Assembly (NCBI GenBank): GCA_963575745.1
Contig: CAUYUJ010000068.1
Span: forward strand, 1-64,000
Origin: Prorocentrum cordatum
Taxonomy: Eukaryota
DNA length: 64,000 nucleotides
Reading direction: 5' to 3'
Part shown: positions 1 to 11,633 of the stretch, one piece after another
How the letters are laid out: each line of letters begins with the position of its first letter
Numbering within the stretch: position 1 is the first letter of the stretch
The notes under the pieces: generated by a model
What the model was told of the DNA's origin: nothing
Databases searched by the model: none
The model's input: the letters and a program-made list of their open reading frames with translations, nothing else
Position numbers and translations under genes: made by a program

Positions 1-11
1 TGTAGTAGTAT

Positions 12-74
<63 letters not shown>

Positions 75-98
75 ATAGGAGGAGGAGGAGGAGGAGGG
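1..98. repeat. (TAG)n microsatellite running into (GGA)n
   Basis: Directly visible tandem trinucleotides. Confidence 0.95.
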
Positions 99-822
99 AT
101 ATTGTGATGCTGAGGGGGAGTATGGTGATGAGGCGGAGGAGGAGGAGGAGTGACACGCGGAGCAGCAGGAGACGTAGGATGAAGTGGAGGAGAAGGAGGA
201 GAAGAGGGAGGATGATGACGATACTGTGGCGGACAAATTATAGGAGGAGGAGAAGGAAGTAAGAGGATGGGGATTGTAAGAAAACAATGTACTGCTTTTG
301 AAGAGTATATCTTCATCCCCTCTCCTCATCGTCATCATCCTGAAACAATCACTCCCCTTTTATCTTCATAGCGACGATGTGCGGGTTCGAAATGAGGATG
401 CCCGATGCGAGATGTGAGGCCGTTATTGGGGAACCAGGCATTATCATGTTTTCGAGTTTGTCATTTTGCAGAGGGCCCCCTTTCACCCCCGAACTCACGG
501 GGCAAATCCCACCATGACATACATGTTGGTAGGGACCTACGAGGAAGCAACTTGGAGGAAGAGCTTTTTCAGCATCATTGATGCGTTTTTTTAGGGGTTT
601 ACACTGGTCCTCCTCCTCCTCCTCCTCTTCTTCCTCCTCCTCTTCCTCCCCTCGTCCTCCCTCCTCCTCCTCCTCCTCCTCCTCCTCCTCCTCCTCCTTC
701 TCCTTCTCCTCCTCCCCCTCCTCCTCCTACCTTGGTCGTGCATCATCTGTGACCTCCCCCCACCCCGCCGCCGAGGAGGCGCCCCCCCTCGGTAAGATGG
801 AGCCAGGACGGGGATACTATCG

Positions 823-995
823 GAGGCGTTCCAAAAACGCCTTGCCTTGGAAGATGTGTTCCAAAAACGAGGCGTTCCAAAAACGCCAAATGACGGTAAA
901 TGAGGCGGTAAATGAGGCGTTCCAAAAAAGGCCTTGCCTTGCTAAGGACGGTAAATGAGGCGTTCCAAAAACGCCTTGCCTTGGAAGATGTGTTG
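823..995. repeat. Short degenerate direct repeats of GAGGCGTTCCAAAAACGCC
   Basis: Motif recurs at about 823, 869, 914 and 957. Confidence 0.8.
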
Positions 996-2405
996 TCATC
1001 TCTTCCTCGGCGGAAGGCGGCAGAAGGTCAGCGGAAGGCGGCGGAAGCAAAACGGCGGCGGCTCCGCCGACGGAAGCCAGCGGAAGGTCGGCGGAAGCAA
1101 AAGTCGACCTCGCAAGAGATGAAAACGTTTTCGGGTTCAGGGTTTCCGAAATCCGCCACATCGAGAGTCTGTGAAACCCAGCGTCTCTGGAGGATGTATC
1201 GGGCGCCGCGGCCTTCTCAGAGCGTCCTGGAACGCTCCTTGAGCGATCAAGAAGCTTCTGGGACGGCTTCATCCTCGTCCCAGCCCCGTTCTATCGGGGA
1301 TCTTCTGACCCGGGTCAATCCAGACCCCCCGGGTCAGTCAGGCCTTGCAGAATCCTGCAAGATCCTGCACACAAGCCCTGGTCAATGCGAAAGATCCCGC
1401 AGGATCCTGCAAGATCCTGCGCCCAAGCCCAGGTCAGTGCGACTCTGGCCCTGCAGGATCCCACAAGATCCGGCGCTCGGATTGACACCCGTTTGCATTG
1501 ACCCCCGTCTCTTGAATCCCGATTCATTCTCGTCCCAGTCCCGCTTCTATCAAGGGCGCGCAAACATGGATTAGCGATCCATGGATGTGGCGCGCGCTCG
1601 CCAAATCCATGGATCGGGGGAGGTGCCCTCCCCAAATTGCGGCCGGTGCCGCCTCGCTCGGATGGAGGCGGGACGAATCCACGCCCCCCTGATCCATGTT
1701 TGCGATCGCCTGATTCCACCCCGGGCTGCCCGCTGGCCGCGTGACCTCGACTCGGAGACGTCGCCCCACGCTCTCCTCGCCGGCACCGCCGGCGCCCGCC
1801 GCGGCTGGGGCTCCTCTGGGGGGGGGGGGACACGCGCGCGCGCGCCAGAGCCGCGCTGGCGGGCGCCGCCCCTGCTCCTCAGGCCTCCTGCGGACAGCCC
1901 GAGGAGGCCCCCGAGACGGCCCAAGAGGCCCCCAAGACCATCCCCCTCAACAACCCCATCCCTCCTCCTGCTCCTCCTCCCTCCTCCTCCTCCTCCTCCT
2001 CCTTCTCCCCCTCCTCCTCCTCCTCCTCCTCCTCCTCTCCTCTCCTTCCTCTCCTCCTCCTAACCTCCCCCTTTCCTTCCCCTCCCGCTCCCCCTCCTCC
2101 TCCTCCTCCGCCTCCTCCGCCTCCTCCTCCTCCTCCTCCTCCTCCTCCTCCTCCGCCTCCTCCTCCTGGCGCGTGGCCGAGGCGGACGCTGGCCCATCCT
2201 GGAGTTTGAAGCTCAGCAGGTGCGAGCGGCAGGTGGGCCGCGCGGACCTGCGGCAGGAGCGCACGGGCCTCGTCGGGCCTGACGCACGGGCCTCCCCCTC
2301 CTCCTGTGGGAGGCGACGACCGAAGGCAACAAGGGAGGGTGAAGGATGCACGTGGAACTCGGATCAACTTGCTGCTCGGATGGAGAGGGCCAAGGCGAGA
2401 GAACG

Positions 2406-3570
2406 GACACACGCACACACACACGCACACACACGCACACACACGCACACACACAAACACACAAACACACAAACACACAAACACACAAACACACAAACAC
2501 ACAAACACACAAACACACAAACACACAAACACACAAGCACACAAGCACACAAACACACAAACACACAAACACACACACAAACACACAAACACACAAACAC
2601 ACAAACACACAAACACACACACACACACAAACACACAAACACACAAACACACAAACGCACAAACACACAAACACACAAGCACACAAGCACACAAGCACAC
2701 AAGCACACAACCACACAAACATACAAACACACACACAAACACACAAACACACAAACACACAAACACACAAGCACACAAGCACACAAGCACACGAGCACAC
2801 AACCACACAATCACACAAACACACAAACACACAAACACACAAACACAGAACCACACAAGCACACACACAAACACACACAAACACACAAACACACACAAAC
2901 ACACACACACAAACACACAACCACACAAGCACACAAGCACACAAGCACACAAGCACACAAACACACAATCACACAAAAACGCAAACACACAAACACACAA
3001 ACACACAAACACACAAACACACAAACACAGAACCACACAAGCACACAAGCACACAAGCACACAAACACACAAACACACATACACAAACACACACACACAC
3101 AAACACACACAAACACACACACAGTCACACAGTCACACAGTCACACAGTCACACGCACACACGCACACACGCACACACGCACACACGCACGCACGCACGC
3201 GCACGCACGCGCACGCGCACGCACGCGCACGCACGCGCACGCACGCGCACGCACGCGCACGCACGCGCACGCACGCGCACACACGCGCACACACGCGCAC
3301 ACACGCGCACACACGCGCACACACGCGCACACACGCGCACACACGCGCACACACGCGCACACGCACACACACACACACGCACACACACGCACACACACAC
3401 ACACGCACATACACGCATACACACACGCACACACGCGCACACACACGCACACACACGCACACACACACACGCACACACACACACGCACACACACGCACAC
3501 ACACGCACACACACACGCACACACGCGCACACACACGCACACTTATGCACACACACGCACACACACACAT
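2406..3570. repeat. CA-rich compound microsatellite (ACACAA, GCAC, GCACAC units)
   Basis: Directly visible; it explains the HT/VC-rich ORFs in the track. Confidence 0.95.
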
Positions 3571-4656
3571 GGAGAACACACCCGAACAACGAGGACACCA
3601 CGGCGAGGAAGTGGGCCTCCTCCTCCTCCTCCTCCTCCTCCTCCTCCTCCTGCGGACAGCCCAACTTTGTATTCTTCGGCCCCGCGAGGACCAGGCAGGG
3701 CGAAAGGCGCCCCCCCAAGACCTTGATCCTCGAAGCTCGATCCTCCAAGGCCCCCCGAGGGGACAGCCCAAAGAGGCCCCCCAAGACGGCCCGAGAGGCC
3801 GGCCCCGAGAGGACCCCCAGAGAGCCCCAAGGCGGCCGCGAGGGGCCCACGGGATGGCGTCCGCAGGGCCGCAACGGCGCAAGAGTGCCCCAAGGCGGCC
3901 CAGGACCCCCCCAAGAGAGGCCCCCAAGGAGGCCCCAAGGAAGCCCCCAAGAGGCCCCAAGAAGCCCCCCAGGGGGCTCCACGAGGCTCCAAGGAGGCTT
4001 CCACCAGGCCGCGCCTCGGGGGAGAATAGACTCTGGAGACTCTGCCTGATCGCGTAGCGATATGAATCCACCTTTGCCGCAACCTCACTGTGGGTTATCT
4101 TTCGTCCTCTGGGATTTCTCAGCTTGGCTGACAGCTCTGGGCCAGAGTCCCAAGCTGACTCGTCTTGTGTACTCCTTCCCCGTGGGGGTGTGGACACTGC
4201 AGTGATGACCTAACTGACCGAGTAAGTGTGGGGCAATCGCTCCGCAGTGAGAACAAAACTAGATTCTCAGCCCAGCGTGAAACCTTAAACGGTGGGTTAA
4301 ATGAACAACTCCCCCCGCCACATGTACTGGCGCCCCGAGGGGGCGTCTCATATAGGCGCAATCTGCATTAACAAGACAAGGTCATAAGGAGGAGGAGGAG
4401 GAGGAGGAAGGAGGAGGAGGAGGAGGAGGAGGAGGAGGAGGAGGAGGGAGGAGGATCCAGAAATCCTTGCGATGCATTTTTTCACACTGGGCATTTCGCC
4501 CAACTTGGCACCCCTGGACCCGCACCGACCGATCTGGCTTGAAACATGCAGCAGCAAGATGGAATCTAGAGGTCCGAAGTCCTGATTTTGCGCGATGTTG
4601 CATTTTGCAGCGTCGAAACTCAGAGGAGGGAGGAGACGGATCAAGAGCAGCAGCGG

Positions 4657-5130
4657 GAGGACCAGATTAAGCCTAAAGCGCATTAACGATGCTGCAATAA
4701 ACCCTACCTATAAAATCCCTCTTCATAGCCCCCACAAGAAATTATGCGAATTGCGGGGAATGCTCCGTTGGAAAATGCCCGTCTGATAACCCTCGACCGC
4801 GCCAGAACACCGCTCCTTGGACTTCAACACCGCAAATTAACGCGACTTTTGCGTCCTGATAACGCTAAATTGTGCCAGAACGCCGTTCCTGGGACTTCAA
4901 AGCCGCGAGTTCACGTGACAGTTGCGCCCTGACAGTGCTATATATATATATATAGATGTATGTGCATATATTTATATATACATATTACCAGAACGCCGTT
5001 CCTGGGACTTCAACTATACGTAGGAATCCTCGAAACACAGCCGCGCGCTTTTTAACACATGTGCGCGGTGCTGAGGCGAGAGCCACATTGTGAGAACGAC
5101 ACGCCAGCCATCCTTGACGCTGTCGCGAAC
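4657..5130 (+). repeat. Dispersed repeat family starting GAGGACCAG...CATYAACGATG...CCCTCTTCATAG; other copies at ~22230-22870 (+) and ~520-610 (-)
   Basis: Shared blocks CCCTCTTCATAG, CCTGGGACTTCAA, GTTGCGCCCT and GTGCGCGG.GCT.AGGCGAGA.CCACATT occur in the same order in the two long copies. Confidence 0.65.
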
Positions 5131-5430
5131 TTCAAGCTTCCAGATCATAAATGGTGGGAACCCCTCGTTCGGCGGCGGAAATCCGCGGTTTCCCATGGAA
5201 GCGCGGCCCCCTGGGTCCATGTCTGCGATCGCCCGACACGGAGCCCACTCTTCCTGGCCGAAGGAGCCCCATCCGCGGCTCCTCGTCCCTCCAGCTCTTG
5301 CCAAAGTCGCGGGGCTCGGAGGGCCTGCGCGCGCGGCGCGGGGCGACTGCCCCCCCGGCAGGGAGGAGGGAGGAGGTCCTCCTCCCCCCTCCTGAATTGT
5401 CTCCCTCCTCCCTCCTCCTCCTCCTCCTCC

Positions 5431-5838
5431 TCGTCACGTACGCTCGGAATGAGTTCGTAGTCGCTTAGCTCGCTCGATCGTCCAGTTGCTGCAGTAGCTG
5501 CGCTCTGGCAGCACGGGCATGCTGTGCAATCATCGTTGGATCAACATTGGCCTGACTCCGAGTCGAGTTATATAAGTAGAAACTCAAAATCAGGCGCTGC
5601 ACAGCGAGCAATCGTTGCTCTCCTGTCATATCTTTGGCGATCCCCAGCCTACGATCAAGTAAGACCTCGGACGGAGTCGACGGAACCCACACGGCTTGCA
5701 CAGCACCCCACAGCAACGGACAAGACAAATAATGTTTTTGTGTGTCGCACTCATTGGGGCAACCGAATTTACAAAGAATATTGATCTGTCGAACCCTCCG
5801 CTCCGTCGTCCAACCCCCCACCACCGTCTTAATAGTAC
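5431..5838 (-). mobile_element. 5'-truncated LINE tail (ORF2 C-terminal CCHC zinc-knuckle region) between two (CCT)n tracts
   Basis: Translation KTVVGGWTTERR...CKFGC...DTQKHYLSC parallels RTFCNSWCTSRR...CRFC...DCMLHIIVC in the long LINE at 38 kb; stop codon at 5465. Confidence 0.75.
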
Positions 5839-6053
5839 TCCTCCTCCTCCTCCTCCCTCCTCCTCCCTTTTCCCTCCACCTCCCTCCTCCTGCCCCCACC
5901 TCCCCTCTTTTTGGGCTGGGCGGGCCTCGAGATCTGGGCCTGCGGCATTCCTGCCCACCTCCGCCTCCTCGCCGCGAGCCCCTGTGCAGACGCAAGAGGA
6001 CTCAGGGTGCAGCACCGCTGAGAAACGGTAGCACGGTGATCGCAATTGATATG

Positions 6054-6465
6054 GGTCAAACTTGTTGACGAACGAACATCGGGCTGGGCGAAAGGGGGGG
6101 ATAGCAAAGGGGGGTTTGAGATTCAGCTCGCGTAGCTGATTTTCCCGGCGCCTCCTGGCGCCGGGAGGCGCCCATGTATTGAGGAATGGGCCCGGCGGCG
6201 GGGCCGAAACCAGGTGCGTGCAGCAGATTTCGTAACCCCCCCCTTTCCCAATCCCCCCTTTCGCCCGGCCCGAGAACAGCACACACCCATACCCATAGGC
6301 GGTTCGGAGGGAAGAGGACTGGCTATGGGTACGGGTACGGGTTGTCGGACAGTGTGGGGGGCTCCCATTCGAGCGGGGACCCCCATGCGACAACACGCAC
6401 CCATGGCCCCCTCCGTCCCACCTATGGGTATGGGTGCGTGTTGTTCGCTCGTCACTTGTTTGATC
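6054..6465. mobile_element. Outer MITE-like inverted-repeat element interrupted by an inner MITE
   Basis: Left arm GGTCAAAC..GTTGACGAACGAACA|GCACACACCCATACCCATAGG matches the reverse complement of CCTATGGGTATGGGTGCGTGTTGTTCGCTCGTCAC..GTTTGATC. Confidence 0.7.
6079..6273. mobile_element. Inner MITE (~195 bp) with TIRs and 5-bp target-site duplication GAACA
   Basis: TCGGGCTGGGCGAAAGGGGGG...CCCCCCTTTCGCCCGGCCCGA, with GAACA at 6074-6078 and 6274-6278. Confidence 0.8.
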
Positions 6466-8954
6466 TTGCCGTTCGCCCTGAGCTTCTCGTGCTGCCTCTG
6501 GCGTTGCATCCAGGGAAGCGCTGCCCAGACCGATGACTGCACCTTGTACGGCAAGGGCGCGTGGTGTTGATCCCAGCGTTGGTTTCTGACACCGCGGGGA
6601 TCTATCAACCTTGAACGATCGGCCGTTTCCGAAATGCCAGATCGTTCAACACCGACCCATTCTGGGTTGCCGGCGGGCGGGGTCGCCGCCGGTCGATACG
6701 ACGCGAACCTGGCGTAGCCGCGCAGGTCTCGTGCCTAGCCTGTGGCGAGGGGGCCAGAATACAGGCTGGGTCTCTGCCCCCGTCCTCCGTCATCCGGCGC
6801 CCGCGATGAGGGTCGTGCCAGACAGGACTTTAGCGTTAGGTCGGGCAGGTCCTCCTGCAGGCGGATGTTGGAGGAAAGAAACATATGCAACACATGCACA
6901 AAAGAGTCAATTGTAGTCAAATATCAGCCAGCGTTGACTCAAATTAGATCGGAGGACAAGAGGAGGACGAGAGAAGGATGGAAGGAGGACGAAAGGAGGA
7001 CGGGAGCAGGACGGGAGGAGCAACATCAAGGAAGTGCAAGCAAGCAAGCGGAAGCAAGCAAGCGCAAGCGAGCCATAACAAGCACGCAAGCAAGAGCCAA
7101 CGATCAAGTGCAAGCAAGCAAGGGCAAGCAAGAGCAAGCAAGCGATAGCAGCACGCAAGAGCAAGCAAGCAAGAACACACAAGAGCAAGCAAGGGCAAGA
7201 GACTCATGGGAATCCATAGGAATCCACAGGACTCGCCATTGGAAATCGCTGGGGGGCCATTGGAAATAAGGACGGGGGGTGCCATTGGCAAAAGGGGGTG
7301 GGGGAGGGGGGTGTCATAGGAATTTGGGTGGGAGGCATAGGAATTAGGGAAGGGGGGGGGCAACGGACCAATTGGGAGGGTTTGAGTTAGAACTCCTATA
7401 GGGCAAGCCTATTCAAAGAAACATCGCACCCAGACTGTTCTTGAAGATGCCTCCTGTAGAGGGACATGCCCGACTCTGACTTTAGCGTTTCGTGCTGCAC
7501 GTGACCTGGCGCCCCGCGAGAGTGCCAGAAGGTGTGCAAACCTCGAGCGCCACCCCAGTGCGCGCGCGCCTCAGGAGTCGGGTGGGGCCCTGCAATTGAG
7601 CGCGGTTTCCGCGGCTCCGCGGGACTGGCTGCCAGCTCTTTTTTTCGCCGCTCGCCGTCTCTGTCCTCGGTCCTGTTTTCTGGCGTGAGTCCCCCCGCGG
7701 CAGCTTGCGACGTCCACCGTCGCCCCGCTCTGGGTGGCGAGTGTGGCAGTGTCGCGAACCTCGTGCGCCGACCAGTGCTTTTCTCTGGCCAGTGCCTGTG
7801 CAATGGTGCTGGTCACCCCTCAGGGAGGAGGCGCTTTCCTCCCTGTGTTACATCTTGGCAGGTACTTTGATGTTACTCCTCCTCCCTCCTCCCTCCTCCT
7901 CCTCCCTCCTCCTCCTCCACCTCCTCCTCCTGCTCCCTCCTGCTCCCTCCTCCATCTCTTCCTGCTCCTCCTCCTCTCTCCCTCCCCGCTTCCTCCCTCC
8001 TCCTCAGGAGTGGAGAGGGAGGAGGAGAAGGATACTGACTGTACTAAGGATGGTCGGCATGATACTGCTAATGATAAGTACAAGCGTGCAAGCGGTAACG
8101 GCGCCAATGGCCATACACATACTAGCAATACACACTACACCAATGGCGCGGCATACCAACGCGGAACGAAAGCACAGCTGGGTGGGAGAACTCACGAAAG
8201 AAAACCTTAAAGACAACAATGCAGTGTCAAATCGCGGCAGACGGTCTTTGGATCTGGGTAAGAGAGGCTCACAACACAAACATCCTCCCCTGTGTTTTTG
8301 TCAATCTTTGGCCCCAGACATCCGACCCAATCGCAAAGGGAAATTCTGCGTCCTGGATATATTTTTGCGGGCCCCGGAGCACGAGAGCTGCCCCGGGAGG
8401 TCGAAATCGGGGAACACCCCAGGACTGTGACGATCACACCTATACAAGCGCGTCCCACGACTCGCAGTGAAACTACTCGCAAATGGCCTGGATCCACCGC
8501 GGTGGATTTGTGAACGTGTTCTTATTCGGCGTTTCGTTTTGACATTGGGCGGAAGGGGGAGAGGGGGGAGAGTCTGGATCCGGACCTCTGCTTATTGCGG
8601 CTGTTTGGAACAGTGCGTCCTATGGAGGAGACCCCACCTGCTCCAAACAGGCGCTCAAAACAGCCAAGATCTACTCCACGTGGGGGGGGGGGGGGGGCGA
8701 GGGCCCGCGCCGATCGGCAAAACGGTGCAAAAAAAGCAAAAACAAATCACTTCACGATACAGTCCATCGGGGCAAGCATGTATGTTGTCGGACGCTTGCG
8801 ACAGGGCTGGACCCAAACGTTGTTCTTCGTCTTGCTTTCGTGCTGTTTTTCGTTTTTCTCTGTCTGTTTTCCTATGCCTCCCTCCCAGAACGAAAAACAA
8901 AACACAGCCGCAGTCCACCAAATCAGCGTTTAGGTCTAGCCCTGGTTTGCGAGC

Positions 8955-9150
8955 ATTTAGCAGGGACCGACCGTCCCAGCACTCCTATAGGCCTACCACG
9001 AAATTTTCTTAGGTGTTCTAATAACGAAACCAATGCTCTTAGAACATAAGCTCGACGTGTTTAGTTAAATCAAGACAGTCCCAGCCAGACATGTTCTAAG
9101 AACAGTTCGTGCAAACCACACAAGGTTCTCAGACCATTCTTTGGTAGGCC
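8955..9150 (+). repeat. Dispersed repeat; second copy at ~33432-33600
   Basis: GCAGGGACCGACCGTCCC.GCA.TCC.ATAGGCCTACCACGAAAT.TTCTTAG and CCAGA.ATGTTCT.AGA are shared. Confidence 0.75.
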
Positions 9151-9201
9151 TGCAGGCGAGCCACGACGCTTCGCCACTGCCTGAGAATAGGCCCCTCGGC
9201 G

Positions 9202-9423
9202 TATGTTGCTCCCATCGTACTTAAGGACCACATCCCAGAAATAATTTCGAGCACCTGGAAAAGTGTCGAAAGAGTGTCGAATCAATGTCGAAGCGGTGTC
9301 GAAACAGTGTCTCCCAGGGCCCGGCACGTGAAAAACCTCGAGCTTGTGGGTACTTTTCTGGCGCTCGAAATTCTGTCCGGTGATCAATTCGCTAAGGCAG
9401 GTTAAGGTAGGTTGGAACATCAT
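9202..9423 (+). repeat. Dispersed repeat; second copy at ~45952-46148
   Basis: TATGTTGCTCCCATCGTACTTAA...AAATAATTTCGAGCACC.GGAAAAGTGTCGA...TAGGTTG.AACATCAT is shared. Confidence 0.85.
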
Positions 9424-9550
9424 GACCCTCGGCGAGCAGCGCGCGCTCGCTGAAGCGACCCTCCGAGATTCCCTTTGAGGGCCCCGCGCCGGCAGCGAGA
9501 GGCGGCGCTCGGGCGGCAGGCGGCGCGGCGCTCGGCGGCGGCGGCTGCGC

Positions 9551-9589
<39 letters not shown>

Positions 9590-10269
9590 TGCCGCGCCCC
9601 GCGCGCCCCACGCCTGGAGGCGGGCGAGCGCTGCGCCTGGGACGCCGGCGAGCGCTGCGGCCTGGAGGCCGGGCTCGCCTTGGGCGAGGATCTGGCCTGG
9701 GCGGGCGGGCGCGGCCAGACCCCAGACCTCCTCCTCCTCCTCCTCCTCCTCCTCCTCCTTCTCATCCTCCTCCTCCTCCCACTTCCCCTCCTCCTCCGCC
9801 TCCTCCTCCTTCTTCTCTTCCTCCTCCTCTCCCCTCTTCCTCCTCCTCCTTCTTCTCCTCCTCCTCCTGTTCCTCCTCCTCCTCCTGTTCCTCCTCCACC
9901 TCCTCCTCCTCTTTCTCCTTCTCCCCCTCTTCCTCCTCCTCCTCCTCCTCGCCGAGGGGCTCGGGAGGGAGGTGCAGTGCGCCTGGCGGAAGGCCCAACC
10001 GTGCACGTGCAGGCGTGAGTGCCGTCATGAGTTATGGGCGTCGTCGTGCGGTGGAGCTCCGCGTGGGGGCGCGACGCGTGGGAGGGGTACGCGTCGGTCG
10101 GAAGAAGCAGGTAGAAACATGAAGTAGGAAGGCGGATATAGTGGATTGGGTCGAGGTCCTCCCAGAGAATAACAAAACACAGCAAAAACATGCCGATTCT
10201 TGAAGTAGGAAGGCGCTTGAAATAGATTGGGATCTGGGCATCCAAAAAGACCTACTTTCAACGACCGGC

Positions 10270-10800
10270 TAGTACGTGCCCCAGTGGGCGAGGGGACCGC
10301 GCGCGAGCTGCGCCACGGAGGCCTTCGGTGGAGCTGCGCATGCGGCCACGAAGCGTGCGAGGGGCGTGCCAAGAGGAGGCGGGGGAGACGCGTGCGGTGC
10401 GTATGCGGCCGGGAAGCGCGGGAGGGGTGTGCAGTTCTGGGCGGGGGAGGGGCATGCAAGGACGGCCACTGGGGCCCTGGGCGGAGCACCCTGTTGGGCC
10501 CCGAAACGTTTGAGGGGCGTGCCGTAGTGGCTGGGGGAAGTGCGTGCAGACCCTGCCACTGGAGCCCTGGGTGGACTTCCCAATGGGCCACGAAACGTGC
10601 GAGGGGCGTGCCGTCATGGACGGGGGAGACGTGCAAACCCTGCCACTGGGGCCCTGGGTGGAGCTCCCTATGGGGCTACGAAGCGTGTCAGGGGCATGCC
10701 GTACTGGATGGGGGAGGCGTATGCGAACTCTGCCATCGGGGCCTTGGGTGGAGCTCCCTATGGGACCACGAAGCGTGTGAGGGGCGTGCCGACATGGCCA
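10270..10800. repeat. Degenerate minisatellite, period about 88-89 bp
   Basis: GCCCTGGGYGGA...CCACGAAGCGTG.GAGGGGCGTGCC recurs near 10472, 10561, 10649 and 10738. Confidence 0.8.
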
Positions 10801-11321
10801 TGCGGAGGGCAGAGGCAGTGATGGGAGGAGGGAGGCGGGGCAGCGGGAGGTGAGATGCAAGTCGTTGTCTCTTCAAGACGAGAACCCAACACCACAAGAT
10901 GGTTAGGACAAATATTGCCACCGTTTCCGGCCTCTGGAGGCCCTCGCTGGGCCCCAGCACATGCTCGCATCGTCAAACAAACACGACGGGCATTTTTTGC
11001 AACTTTTCGGCTTCCGTAGTTCTCGGGGGTCCCAAGGACCGCCAAAGAATTGCCCTAAGATGAAGAACCAGCCCTTAGGAAAGGGTCGAGACTTCTGAGG
11101 ACCCCGTAGCGAACAAAAACACATCGGATCTCTGGGTCTGGCCGCGCAGCGGCGACGATGACGTCGCTGGCGACGACGACGCGAATTCGTCATCTTAGCC
11201 AGCGTCAATGCCGTCTCCGTCTCTGTCGCCGTCGTCCTCGGTGTCGTCGTGGTCGTGGTCGCGATATTCGTCGTCGTTGTCGTCGCCGCCGTCGTCGTCG
11301 CCGTCGCTGTAGTCGTCGTCG

Positions 11322-11356
<35 letters not shown>

Positions 11357-11405
11357 CGGTCGATCGGGATGCGAGGCCCCTGGAAGTTTTTGGCCATCTC
11401 TTGGA

Positions 11406-11633
11406 GGCCTCCTAGATGAGGTCAGAGTAGATGGGATCGGGTCGGACGATCGCGCCGCATCGTCGATGCATCGGGGATGCATCGGCATCGCCGGTGATGT
11501 ATCGTCGACGACGGCAGTGCATCGGCGACGTCGACGTGAAGCAAATCGGGCTGCACATCGAGCCGCATCGGCGATGCATCGGCGATGCGGCGCGGTCCTC
11601 CGACCCCATCTGCTGCGGCCCCAGCTGGGAGGC
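11406..11633. mobile_element. MITE-like family with GCCTCC.A.ATG.GGTC TIRs and internal GCATCG/CGATGC palindromes; copies at ~32642-33025 and ~59053-59256
   Basis: The arms are imperfect reverse complements over ~60 bp, and the same termini appear in three places. Confidence 0.65.

Noticed and set aside
1741..4057. Long ORFs of 567-661 aa
   Set aside because: They are translations of CCT and CA microsatellites that happen to lack stops.
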